Assembly (NCBI GenBank): GCA_037445915.1
Contig: JBBIJQ010000024.1
Coordinates: 1,340-30,988, forward strand
From: Planctomycetales bacterium
Lineage (GTDB): Bacteria; 4484-113
DNA: 29,649 nucleotides
Direction: 5' to 3'
Shown: positions 1 through 8,558 of the stretch, piece after piece
Layout of the letters: every line of letters starts with the position of its first letter
Position numbering within the stretch: the first letter of the stretch is position 1
Translations under genes and position numbers: made by a program
Notes under the pieces: model-generated
What the model was told of the DNA's origin: nothing
What the model saw: the letters and a program-made list of their open reading frames with translations, nothing else
The model's database searches: none

Positions 1-1002
1 TGAGGATATTTTAACCTTATAAGCGTGGTCGCCAAGGGCTTTCTTGATGCCTTCGGTTTCGTTCTTGTCGTTAAGCTCGGTTGACGTCCCGTGCGCGTTG
101 ATGTAGCCGACCTGCTCCTTGGCAATGCCGGCATCTGCAATCGCAAGCTCAATTGCCTTTGCTGCGCCAACGCCGCCCGGGGCTGGGGCCGTGATGTGGT
201 AGGCGTCGCAGGTGCTCCCGTAACCCACGACTTCGCCGTATATCTTCGCGCCGCGCGCCTGTGCAGCTTCGTATTCCTCCAGCACCAGCGCGCCGCCACC
301 TTCTGCCATCACAAAGCCGCTTCGCTTCGCGTCAAACGGGCGCGAGGCGCGGGTGGGGTCGTCGTTGTATTGGTCGGTGACGGCCTTCATAACGCAAAAG
401 CCGCTCAAGCCCAGCGGGTTGATTGCGGCTTCTGCGCCGCCTGCGATGCATGCGTCAATGTAGCCGTCGCGTACGGCGCGGAAACCCTCGCCAATGGTAT
501 GGTTGCTGGTGGAGCATGCGGAGACAATGCAGAAGTTGGAGCCGGTTATGCCGTATTCCATCGCGATAACCGCCGCGCCCGCATTGCTGATGCTCGCGGG
601 GATGAACATTGGGCTGACACGCCCGGGGCCACGGCTGAGAATCGTCTCGGATTGAGTAAGGATAGTTTGCAAGCCGCCTATGCCGCTGCCGAAGTAAACG
701 CCGATATGGTCGCGCGTTTCGTCGTTGATGGGCAGCCCGCTGTCTTCAATCGCCATCTTCGCGCAGGCTACTGAAATGCCCACATACAGGTCGTAGCGCT
801 TGGAGTCCTTCGCGTTCATAAACTCTTCGGGCTTGAAGTTCTTGATGGTCGCGCCAATGCGCACTGGATAAGCGCTGACGTCAAACGTGTCAATCACGCC
901 GACGCCGCTTATGCCGGCGAAAACGGATTCAACGAGAACCTTCGCCCCGTTGCCGTAGGAGGTAACCGCACCCACACCTGTTATCGCAACACGTCGCTTC
1001 AT
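1..1002 (-). CDS. fabF: Beta-ketoacyl-ACP synthase II, 3' end runs off the window
   Basis: Not in the ORF track because it is open to the window edge. Manual translation from ATG 1002 (AAGGAG SD) gives MKRRVAITGVGAVT..., GVYFGSGIGG, catalytic IVSACSTS, SRPFDAKRSGFVMAEG and YINAHGTST. Confidence 0.95.
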   Translation of the reverse strand, partial: MKRRVAITGVGAVTSYGNGAKVLVESVFAGISGVGVIDTFDVSAYPVRIGATIKNFKPEEFMNAKDSKRYDLYVGISVACAKMAIEDSGLPINDETRDHIGVYFGSGIGGLQTILTQSETILSRGPGRVSPMFIPASISNAGAAVIAMEYGITGSNFCIVSACSTSNHTIGEGFRAVRDGYIDACIAGGAEAAINPLGLSGFCVMKAVTDQYNDDPTRASRPFDAKRSGFVMAEGGGALVLEEYEAAQARGAKIYGEVVGYGSTCDAYHITAPAPGGVGAAKAIELAIADAGIAKEQVGYINAHGTSTELNDKNETEGIKKALGDHAYKVKISS

Positions 1003-1031
1003 GAATAACTCCTTAGATATTGCCTGCGAAG

Positions 1032-1793
1032 CTAGACGCGCAGGCCGCCGCCGTTGATATGCAATGTCGCACCGTTTATGTAACTTGCGCCGTCGGAAAG
1101 CAGGAAGCAGATAGCAGGCGCCACTTCCTCCGGCAAACCGAGCCGGTTACATGGAATCTGCGCAAGCACCGACTGCTTGAACTCCTCTCGCAGGTTTTGG
1201 GTCATCTCGGTTGAGATAATCCCCGGAATTACTACGTTCGCGCGGATGCCCTTCGCGCCGTATTCCAGCGCCACGGACTTCGCCAGCGCGACTATTCCCG
1301 CCTTTGACGCCGCATAAGCGCTTTGGCCGACGCTGCCGATTGAGCCTGCGATGCTGCTCACGAAAACAATGCTCCCGCGCTGGTGCTTGGACATCGGGCG
1401 CACGACTTCCTTGGTCACGTAAAACGCTGAATCTAAATTCATGCGAGTGCATTCGTCCCACGCCTCGGGAGCAATGCCTTGAGTTAGGCCGTTAAAGCGC
1501 ACACCTGCGTTGTTCACTAGCAGGTCTATCGCTTCTTCCCGTTCCAGTATCGCCGTAATTCCTGCAGAGGCCTGCAACGGGTCGGACACGTCAAACCGGG
1601 CCAACTCCGCCAGCCCTCCAGCATCCCTGATAGCTGCGGCAACTCCTTGGGCGCGTTCAGGGCTGTTCAAGTAGTTCACATACACCTTCGCGCCGCTTGC
1701 GCCAAGCAGCCTTGCCGTTGCCGCCCCGATTCCCCGGCTCGCGCCGGTTACTAGAGCTACTTGCCCGGAGAAGTTGAAAATCGCATTAGACAC
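1032..1793 (-). CDS. fabG: 3-oxoacyl-ACP reductase (SDR family)
   Basis: TGASRGIG, NNAG, catalytic YAASK and INGG C-terminus; directly upstream of fabF. Confidence 0.88.
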   Translation of the reverse strand: MSNAIFNFSGQVALVTGASRGIGAATARLLGASGAKVYVNYLNSPERAQGVAAAIRDAGGLAELARFDVSDPLQASAGITAILEREEAIDLLVNNAGVRFNGLTQGIAPEAWDECTRMNLDSAFYVTKEVVRPMSKHQRGSIVFVSSIAGSIGSVGQSAYAASKAGIVALAKSVALEYGAKGIRANVVIPGIISTEMTQNLREEFKQSVLAQIPCNRLGLPEEVAPAICFLLSDGASYINGATLHINGGGLRV

Positions 1794-1911
1794 CGATGCC
1801 GTAGCACACCCCCTGGATTGGAGTTAGATACGAGAGAATATAGCATATCCTCATTTAACTTCAGAAGCCATCCGGCGAATATCTAACAACTGTGAACGAA
1901 CTGGAGCGCAG

Positions 1912-2769
1912 ATGCTGATACACCGCACCGCCATAGTGCACCCGGAAGCGCGCGTTGACACTGGCTGCGAGATTGGGGCGTACTCCATTATTGGGCGCAA
2001 TGTCTCCATAGGGGCGGATACGCTTATCGGAAGCCACGTTATCATCAGCGAGAATACAACCATCGGCGCAGGCTGCAAGGTTTAAGCCCATGCTGTCATC
2101 GGGTCCGACCCCCAGGACATTAAGTATAACGGAGATGTGTCAAACGTGGAGATTGGCGAGGGCGTGCAAGTGCGTGAGTTCGTCACGATCAACCGTGGCA
2201 GCAAGAATGGCTCGGTAACGCGCGTTGGTGACAACTCGATGCTTATGACCGGCGTCCACATCGCCCATGACTGCCAGGTCGGGAAGCACGTCATTATGGC
2301 GAACCTGGCGACCCTTGCCGGGCATTGCAAGGTTGAGGATCACGCAGTCCTCGGCGGGATGGCGGTCGTCCACCAGTTTGTCCGTGTAGGGAAAATCGCG
2401 ATGGTAGGCGGCACCAGCGGGCTGATGCAGGACGCTCCACCTTTTATGATGGTCTTCGGCCCCGCCCCCGCGCGCGTCGTGAACATCAACAACATCGGCC
2501 TGAAGAGGCGCGGCACAACTCCCGAGGTCAGGCTTGCGCTGCGCCAGGCGTTCCATATCCTCTACCGCCAGCAGTTAAGCACTAAAGACGCCATCGCCAA
2601 GATTGAGGATACGATTCCTCCAAGCGATGAGATGGCATACCTGCTCAACTTCTACCGCAGCAGCGAGCGGGGCATCTGCCGCTCAAAGCTGTCGATAGCG
2701 GAAGGTGTTGCAGAAGTCGACGGGAGTGACTTCTTTAACGAGCTGACCGCTAGCATCCCTGCGACGTAG
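1912..2769 (+). pseudogene. lpxA: UDP-N-acetylglucosamine O-acyltransferase interrupted by an in-frame TAA at 2083-2085 (nonsense mutation or sequence error)
   Basis: From ATG 1912 (GGAG SD): MLIHRTAIVHPEA...TTIGAGCKV*AHAVIGSDPQDIKY..., in frame with the 2137..2769 ORF. Hexapeptide repeats, PQDxKY, REFVTINRG, HIAHDC, VHQFVRVG, GLKRRG and SERGICR are present. Confidence 0.9.
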
Positions 2770-2817
2770 GGAAGTAGGCAAAGGCAGTCGGTAGTTCGTC
2801 CTTGGGATTCCAGACTA

Positions 2818-3078
2818 GTACGCCGGGCGAACCAGCGCGGCTATGATAATCTCTGAAACTGTAGGCCTGGCTTTAGCCTGGCTCTGGATTCAGGGGTGGA
2901 ACAGGCGACCCGCCTGTTCATTAAGCAGCACAAGCGAGACACATGTGCCAACTTCCAGATTCCAGTGCGGTGTTGAAACACCGACTACAAGAGGAAGACA
3001 AGAGCCGCACTGGTGAGTGCGGCTTACTCGTCTTTGGTTGTTCCTGTGTTTCCCAAGCAGGACTAAAGTCCCGCCTGC
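2818..3078. repeat. Mosaic of six REP-like imperfect palindromes between convergent lpxA and ccdA
   Basis: On +: 2818-2842, 2861-2888, 2896-2918. On -: 2961-2988, 3003-3027, 3057-3078. Each is a GTAG/GTAC/GTAA/GTGG/GCAG tetramer followed by a 7-8 bp stem hairpin. Confidence 0.8.
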
Positions 3079-3108
3079 AAGGTTAGTACTTACCTGCGCA
3101 AAAGCGCC

Positions 3109-4044
3109 CTAGCCCTTCTTCAAGGCCTGGACTTCGTCGAAGGAAAGGCCGGTGATAATCAAGATGTAGGTCGGCACCATCGGCAGCACGCACGGCGAGA
3201 GGAACGACGCCAAGCCGCCCAGGAAGGCAATGCCCAGGGTCGCAGCCGAGCCTGCCAGCGCGGACTCAGCGTTGATGTTCGCGCCGCCGAGCATTATCGC
3301 CAGCTTCACAACTCCCCAAAAGATAATCGCGGTTCCGCCGATTGCCGTAAGCGCGAGCGTTGCGACAGTTAGCTGCTTATAGAGGGTCTTGACTGCGATG
3401 CGCAAGGCGGCAGCGACGAGTAGGAGGAACAAAGCGCCCACAGCGATGTATAGCGCGGTGTTGAGGATGGGCGTCGGGTCGGTTGAGGGCTTACCCGCGA
3501 TGTAGCCGAACAGCAGCGCAAAGCCGACCGCGATTAGCAGCAGCGAGCTGACAAAGTTGATGATAGGGATGTAGCGCGTGAGCTTGCGCACAAAGCCGAT
3601 CGCATAGCCGATGAGCAGCGCGACAAGCAGGAACGGTATCGCCAGGCCCAGTGAATACGCAACCATCATCGGAATTGCGGCGCCCGGCGTGTTCATCGCG
3701 ACTGCCAGGATTGCAGCAAGGATGGGGCCGATGCAGGGCGTCCAACCGGCGGCGAAAGCGACGCCGATGATCACGGTTGACCAGTAGCCGCCCTTGGACT
3801 GGTAGTGCATCTTCTTCTCAATGAGCAGGAACTTGAGCGGCGACAGGTTCCATGCGCTAAGGAGTATATGCAGCCCCATTAGGATTACGACAACGCCGCC
3901 GACATAGCCGAAAAGCTGCGGATTGCGGCTGATGAAGGTGCTGATAGCGGCAGCCGGCAGGCCGAACGCGATGATGAACACGGCGGAAAAGCCGAGGACA
4001 AACGCAAATGCGTGGCTAAGCGCTTTAACGGCTACTTTTCCCAT
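3109..4044 (-). CDS. ccdA: Cytochrome c biogenesis / DsbD-beta family protein CcdA, circularly permuted with two extra TM helices (311 aa)
   Basis: Both Pro-Cys motifs are present: AGWTPCIGPIL internally and GLASFLSPCVLPMVPTY at the C-terminus. Start reassigned to ATG 4044 (GGGGG SD-like), which removes the overlap with the upstream acylase. Confidence 0.85.
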   Translation of the reverse strand: MGKVAVKALSHAFAFVLGFSAVFIIAFGLPAAAISTFISRNPQLFGYVGGVVVILMGLHILLSAWNLSPLKFLLIEKKMHYQSKGGYWSTVIIGVAFAAGWTPCIGPILAAILAVAMNTPGAAIPMMVAYSLGLAIPFLLVALLIGYAIGFVRKLTRYIPIINFVSSLLLIAVGFALLFGYIAGKPSTDPTPILNTALYIAVGALFLLLVAAALRIAVKTLYKQLTVATLALTAIGGTAIIFWGVVKLAIMLGGANINAESALAGSAATLGIAFLGGLASFLSPCVLPMVPTYILIITGLSFDEVQALKKG

Positions 4045-4075
4045 GAGTAACCCCCAAATACAGTAAAGAGATTTA

Positions 4076-6262
4076 TCAGCGCGCAGGCTGATACTTGTAG
4101 CTTCCCGAAAGGTAAAGCGGAACCTGGTCGGCGAAGTGGGGGTCGCCGGGCCGCCCGCTGTTGCCGCCAGGGATAACTGACCAGTATCCGCCTTGAGCGC
4201 CGGGGGACATGATAAGCCTCGCAGTTGCTGCAAAGCTCTTTAACAGGTATTTGCCATCCCAGCGCACAGCTGAGACATTCACCGTACTAAAGCCGCCATC
4301 GTCAGGAACGAGGCCTGGCTGCTGCGTCAAGTAGAATGGCAGCGGGCACACGAGCGGCAATTTATGGATTTCGCCATAAGCCGGCAGCTTGCCGGTAACT
4401 TTCGCTGCGTCGGCGACTGCGGCTTTCCAGGCTGCGAAGATTTCATCGTCTCCAAGCGTTACCCAGCCTGCGCCATTCAGCGCAGCGAGTAGGACGATGT
4501 CTGTATCGGCGGTTATTGCGTGGTCAGACCACAGCCTGCGGAACAGCATGATGCGCATCAGCTCGTAGAGCGGCGCGCCCATTGAGCTTCTTGACTCCTC
4601 GTAATCCCAGGCGGAGAGGATGCGCAAGGCTTCTTGTTCCAGCTCGCTCATCTGCCCTTCCAATGCTTGCAGGCGTGGCAGGAGCGGAGGCAGCATCTCT
4701 TCGGCATAAAGCGAATGCGCGTCGCATTGGATTCGCGCCAAGTCGTTGCGCGTGAGCTTTGCGCCGGCCTTCGTTTTGCTTACTATCAAGTCGCTTATGC
4801 GCTTGTTCCTAAAGCCGGCCGCGTAGTTGCCGGGAAAGACAGGCAAGCTCTCTTCGGTGAGCGCAGGCGGGTCGTTGCTTGTGACGATAAAGCCGGAAGG
4901 CGGGTTGATTGAGGCAGGCATATCGCCTGGCTTTATGAAACTCCAGCGGTACTGCGAGGCTTTCTGCGGGGTGTCAACCACATGGGCATCATTGGCATCA
5001 TAATCGCGGATGGGTACCATGCCGGCCGCGAAATAACCTATGTTGCCTTCTATATCTGCGTAGGCGAAGTTGTAGGGAGTCAGCATTTGCGACAGCGCTG
5101 CGCGGAAGTCAGCAAGGCTGCGCCCCATGTCAAGGTTTATGAAGCCAAGCGCTTGGTCATTTTCGTAGAGCGCTGTCCAGTGAAGCACGTAATAGTTCGC
5201 ATCATCTTCCCGCACCACGGGGCCGTAGGGCGTGTCTAGCACATCCACAATCTCCTCGCGCATTCTGAAGCCGTCACGGTAGCGCAGCGTCTCCTTTCTC
5301 GCCCGTGGGGCTTCTCCCAGGACTTCGGCTGCGCACACTTTCGGGATTATCATTACATCTTCGTTGTCGGCTTGCAGGGCTGTTATGCACCACGCGTAGT
5401 AACCGTTGTCGCCCATCGTCACAAGACAGGTTCCGGGGATGGTTATTCCCCTAATACTGAGTTCGTTAGGAATCACCAGCGCGACTTCATACATAATTCC
5501 GGGAAAGGTTACTTCAAGGTGCGGGTCGCCGCAGACCACCGGCTTGCCGTCAACGGTCAGCTTGCCCGACACCGCGAAAGCGTTGGAGCACTGCGCCGCA
5601 AACGACCCGCCGGAGAAAGAAGCGTTGGCGAGTTGAGGCATCGGTCCGTGAATACTGGGATACCATCCGCGCTCGGCAACCGCTGAGTCGGTTAGCCCTT
5701 GGATGCGCGCGAAATCACCGCCCCGCGCGCGCGCATTCAAGCGCGAGAATTCCTCCTCGCTGTCGCCGGATAAGTAAAGATGCATGAGCGCTGCGGCAAG
5801 CAATGTGTCCTCGGGCTTCCATTCTTCAAAGCGCGGGAGGATGAAATACTCCTCCGGCAGGCCGTTCGCTGCAATATAGTCGTTAATGCCTCGCGCGTAT
5901 TCTACTAGCGCCTCGTAAGCTTCCGGACCGGTTTTGCGCAGCCGTTCAAGGTCGCGCTGGGCAAGCCTCGCCAGCCCAAGCTTGCGCATCGCAATATCTT
6001 CTTGCAGCGAGTCTTTGCCCGCAAACTCGCTGATGCGGCCAGCAGCCTTGCGGCGCGTCATGTCAAGTTGGATGAGCCGGTCTTCGGCTGTAACCCATCC
6101 AAGGGCGTAGATTAGCCCTGACAGGTTATCGGCAGTGATGCGCGGAACGCCCCATTGGTCGCGGACAATGCCTGGAGGCGCAGCAAGAGAAGCGCGCGGG
6201 TTGAGGAAGCCAAAAGCGCAGGCAACGCAGACAAATGCTATTACGGTAATCAGGCGGCGCAT
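4076..6262 (-). CDS. Penicillin acylase family Ntn hydrolase (peptidase S45), secreted
   Basis: N-terminal signal peptide, RDQWGVPRI, AEDRLIQLD, nucleophile SNAFAVSG, DPHL, NFAYADIEGNIGY and PGGNSGRPGDPHFADQ. Confidence 0.9.
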   Translation of the reverse strand: MRRLITVIAFVCVACAFGFLNPRASLAAPPGIVRDQWGVPRITADNLSGLIYALGWVTAEDRLIQLDMTRRKAAGRISEFAGKDSLQEDIAMRKLGLARLAQRDLERLRKTGPEAYEALVEYARGINDYIAANGLPEEYFILPRFEEWKPEDTLLAAALMHLYLSGDSEEEFSRLNARARGGDFARIQGLTDSAVAERGWYPSIHGPMPQLANASFSGGSFAAQCSNAFAVSGKLTVDGKPVVCGDPHLEVTFPGIMYEVALVIPNELSIRGITIPGTCLVTMGDNGYYAWCITALQADNEDVMIIPKVCAAEVLGEAPRARKETLRYRDGFRMREEIVDVLDTPYGPVVREDDANYYVLHWTALYENDQALGFINLDMGRSLADFRAALSQMLTPYNFAYADIEGNIGYFAAGMVPIRDYDANDAHVVDTPQKASQYRWSFIKPGDMPASINPPSGFIVTSNDPPALTEESLPVFPGNYAAGFRNKRISDLIVSKTKAGAKLTRNDLARIQCDAHSLYAEEMLPPLLPRLQALEGQMSELEQEALRILSAWDYEESRSSMGAPLYELMRIMLFRRLWSDHAITADTDIVLLAALNGAGWVTLGDDEIFAAWKAAVADAAKVTGKLPAYGEIHKLPLVCPLPFYLTQQPGLVPDDGGFSTVNVSAVRWDGKYLLKSFAATARLIMSPGAQGGYWSVIPGGNSGRPGDPHFADQVPLYLSGSYKYQPAR

Positions 6263-6265
6263 AGC

Positions 6266-7063
6266 CTAGCCGCCGTGTATCAGCATAGCGAACCTTCCGA
6301 CAATCTCCTTGCCTATCCAATCAAACATCAGGAATTGGATGCGGCCGATGAGCAGCGAAACGCGCGCCATAATGGTGTAGCCAAATGACGCGCCGAAGGA
6401 AATCATCAAGAAGTAAATGCCGACCCGCGAGAAGCCTCCTACAAAGCCCCGATGCTCCACCGAGAAGAAGAAGTAAACCAGGACGGTCAGAGCGCCGAAG
6501 AACAGCACGAGAGAATTGAGAAGCAAGACCGCCTCGTCAATGCCGGTGACCCGCCAAGGGATAGCTTGGACGGTGGCGGAGAACTGCGGGAGGAACAGGT
6601 TACTCACTACAAGGGGCAGCCCGATGCCGGTACCGCCTCCGATGAGAAATGCGAAGGTAATGCGCGAAACCCAGCCCTTGCCTGGCACTAGCCGCATTAG
6701 TATAAACGCGCCCAGTATTGCCGGGATAATAACCCAAGGGTTGAAGAGCGTGCCTTCAGGCGTTCCGTACTTGGGGTCTAGCGTGGGTATCAGCGGGTAG
6801 ATGAGCTTTGGCTTGATGTAGGAATACCAGTAAATGGTTGAGCCATAGCCCGCCGAGATTCCAAGGTAGAGGTACTCGCCAAACCTGAAAAGCGGGTTAT
6901 CCTTGTATATGAAGGAGAACATGCAGAGCGTTAGGCCTGCGGCTATCCATATTCCGATAGTGACCATTAACGGCCCAGTCAGGACAGCGTGCATAGCCTG
7001 CTGCCACGGTGCCAAATTGTCAGCTCCCTGCAATAGGATGAGCGCCAGGTGGTTCATAATCAC
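6266..7063 (-). CDS. Uncharacterised polytopic membrane protein (265 aa)
   Basis: About 6-7 hydrophobic segments; SFIYKDNPLFRFGEYLYLG and LMISFGASFGYTIMAR motifs; GGAGG SD; GTGA start/stop overlap with the upstream gene. Confidence 0.85.
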   Translation of the reverse strand: MIMNHLALILLQGADNLAPWQQAMHAVLTGPLMVTIGIWIAAGLTLCMFSFIYKDNPLFRFGEYLYLGISAGYGSTIYWYSYIKPKLIYPLIPTLDPKYGTPEGTLFNPWVIIPAILGAFILMRLVPGKGWVSRITFAFLIGGGTGIGLPLVVSNLFLPQFSATVQAIPWRVTGIDEAVLLLNSLVLFFGALTVLVYFFFSVEHRGFVGGFSRVGIYFLMISFGASFGYTIMARVSLLIGRIQFLMFDWIGKEIVGRFAMLIHGG

Positions 7064-7923
7064 TTGGCCTCCCGCGCTTTACGGCGCTTCTGGACTACTA
7101 AAATCATCGCGAATATGTTAGCCAGGATGATGGCGAAAAAGATAAGCGCGTGCACCGCGGACTGCGAGTCCATCGCGGAAGTTGCTTTTCCCGACTTGCC
7201 TATCAGCTTTTCGTATTCAGCCGCACCCCTGAGCCCGCCAATAATGCCGTTTATCTGGCCGGCTTGAAGGTAAGGGTAGTACTGTGGGGCGATGACGGCG
7301 GTAACGCCTGCGCCTACGGGGATGTTGAACTTCTCGGTCCCGTATACAATCCACCAGTCTCCTGAGTTTCCAGCCTCAAGCATAACCATGTAATCAGTAT
7401 CTTTGAGCTTGTTGAAGTTCCTAATGATTGGCATTGGAGATGTCGCGTTGCCGTAATGGTCTTTGGGGAATGTCTTGGAGATGTCATTGCCCATAGACAT
7501 AATTACGATGGTCCCACCAACCTGGAAGCCGAGGAAGGCGTAATCCTCGCCGCTCTTCCAGTCGGGATACTCCTTACGCAGCTCGTCAATCGCCTGGGCG
7601 ACTAAGTTCGGGCCGTTAATCCACAAGACGACGATTAGGAGCTTATGCTTCTTGCGGACGATATGCTCCATCACAGCCATTAGCATCGGGTATAGCTCAG
7701 GCTGCGAGGCGGGGTCAAAATCTGCCGCGAGAAGGATATTTGAGCCCTCGGGAAGGCTCTCAATCTTGTCGTAGATGCTCTGCACCTCAGGGGTAACATT
7801 GATTGGAAGCCCAATCGGGATAAGCAGGGGCACCGCGACTGCGAGCACAACCAGTGTATAGATAATGCGGCGGTCAAGCTTTAGGAACAGCTCAACAAAA
7901 GTGGCATGTTGTTTAGCTTCCAC
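7060..7923 (-). CDS. Uncharacterised protein with N- and C-terminal TM anchors and a central soluble alpha/beta domain (287 aa)
   Basis: Long ORF; TAGTG overlap with the upstream stop; GGAGG SD; motif YPYLQAGQINGIIGGLRGAAEYE. Confidence 0.85.
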   Translation of the reverse strand: MEAKQHATFVELFLKLDRRIIYTLVVLAVAVPLLIPIGLPINVTPEVQSIYDKIESLPEGSNILLAADFDPASQPELYPMLMAVMEHIVRKKHKLLIVVLWINGPNLVAQAIDELRKEYPDWKSGEDYAFLGFQVGGTIVIMSMGNDISKTFPKDHYGNATSPMPIIRNFNKLKDTDYMVMLEAGNSGDWWIVYGTEKFNIPVGAGVTAVIAPQYYPYLQAGQINGIIGGLRGAAEYEKLIGKSGKATSAMDSQSAVHALIFFAIILANIFAMILVVQKRRKAREAK

Positions 7924-8555
7924 TAATCGCCACCTCCCATGTAGGTGCGCTCAATGCCGAAGATAATGCGTACCGAAATTGCGATTTGCGCCAGGGCTAC
8001 TCCAAGCGTTACGCCTCGCGACGCCGCCATATTGGGGTTGTTCATAATCCATTCAGCTAGGAACCCAAGCTTAGGCAGGATGGCTTCGCCAATTGGGACG
8101 CGGCCAATCATCACTATCAAGCCCGCAACCAAGAGCGCAAGCGCTTCCCAAGTGCGGGCGCGGAAGGCGCGGAAGGCGGCTGAGGCGATGAAGAAGGCGA
8201 GGGTTGCAAACATCGTCGCCTGCATCGGCACGAAGACGAATTGGTACTGCCAGGCAGTTGGAGTTCCGGCGTCTTTGCCCAATATCAGCCCCAACAGCAA
8301 AATCTGGGTGTAGGCGACTAATGTGAGCACCGAGAAACCGTAGCCGGGGACCTTCTTGCGGACTTTGGCGACATGGTAATGCAGCAGCGAGATAATCGCA
8401 AACACCGCCGCGAAACCCGTAATCACCAAGCTCCAATTAACGAAACCCTCGTAAAGGCTCTGCGCGATTTTAGCCGGAACGAACTCCCGGATAAACATCA
8501 CCATACCCAATACGAAGGCCAGAAGCACAGGAAACTTCTTTTTCAGGAACTGCAT
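7923..8555 (-). CDS. Uncharacterised polytopic membrane protein (210 aa)
   Basis: About 6 hydrophobic helices; ATLAFFIASAAFRAFRAR and RIIFGIER motifs; starts 3 nt after the upstream stop. Confidence 0.85.
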   Translation of the reverse strand: MQFLKKKFPVLLAFVLGMVMFIREFVPAKIAQSLYEGFVNWSLVITGFAAVFAIISLLHYHVAKVRKKVPGYGFSVLTLVAYTQILLLGLILGKDAGTPTAWQYQFVFVPMQATMFATLAFFIASAAFRAFRARTWEALALLVAGLIVMIGRVPIGEAILPKLGFLAEWIMNNPNMAASRGVTLGVALAQIAISVRIIFGIERTYMGGGD

Positions 8556-8558
8556 TGT

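Noticed and set aside
91-774. 227-aa plus-strand ORF
   Set aside because: Antisense shadow of fabF with no recognisable motifs.
2083-2085. Stop-codon recoding (selenocysteine or alternative genetic code) in lpxA, prompted by selA in the window
   Set aside because: The codon is TAA, not TGA, the position is not a Cys site, and TAA terminates other genes here (8559 gene, mnmG, mqnC, mazG).
2818-3078. CRISPR array or tRNA in the hairpin-rich spacer
   Set aside because: Units are non-identical, in both orientations and irregularly spaced; there are no cas genes and no cloverleaf or T-loop consensus.
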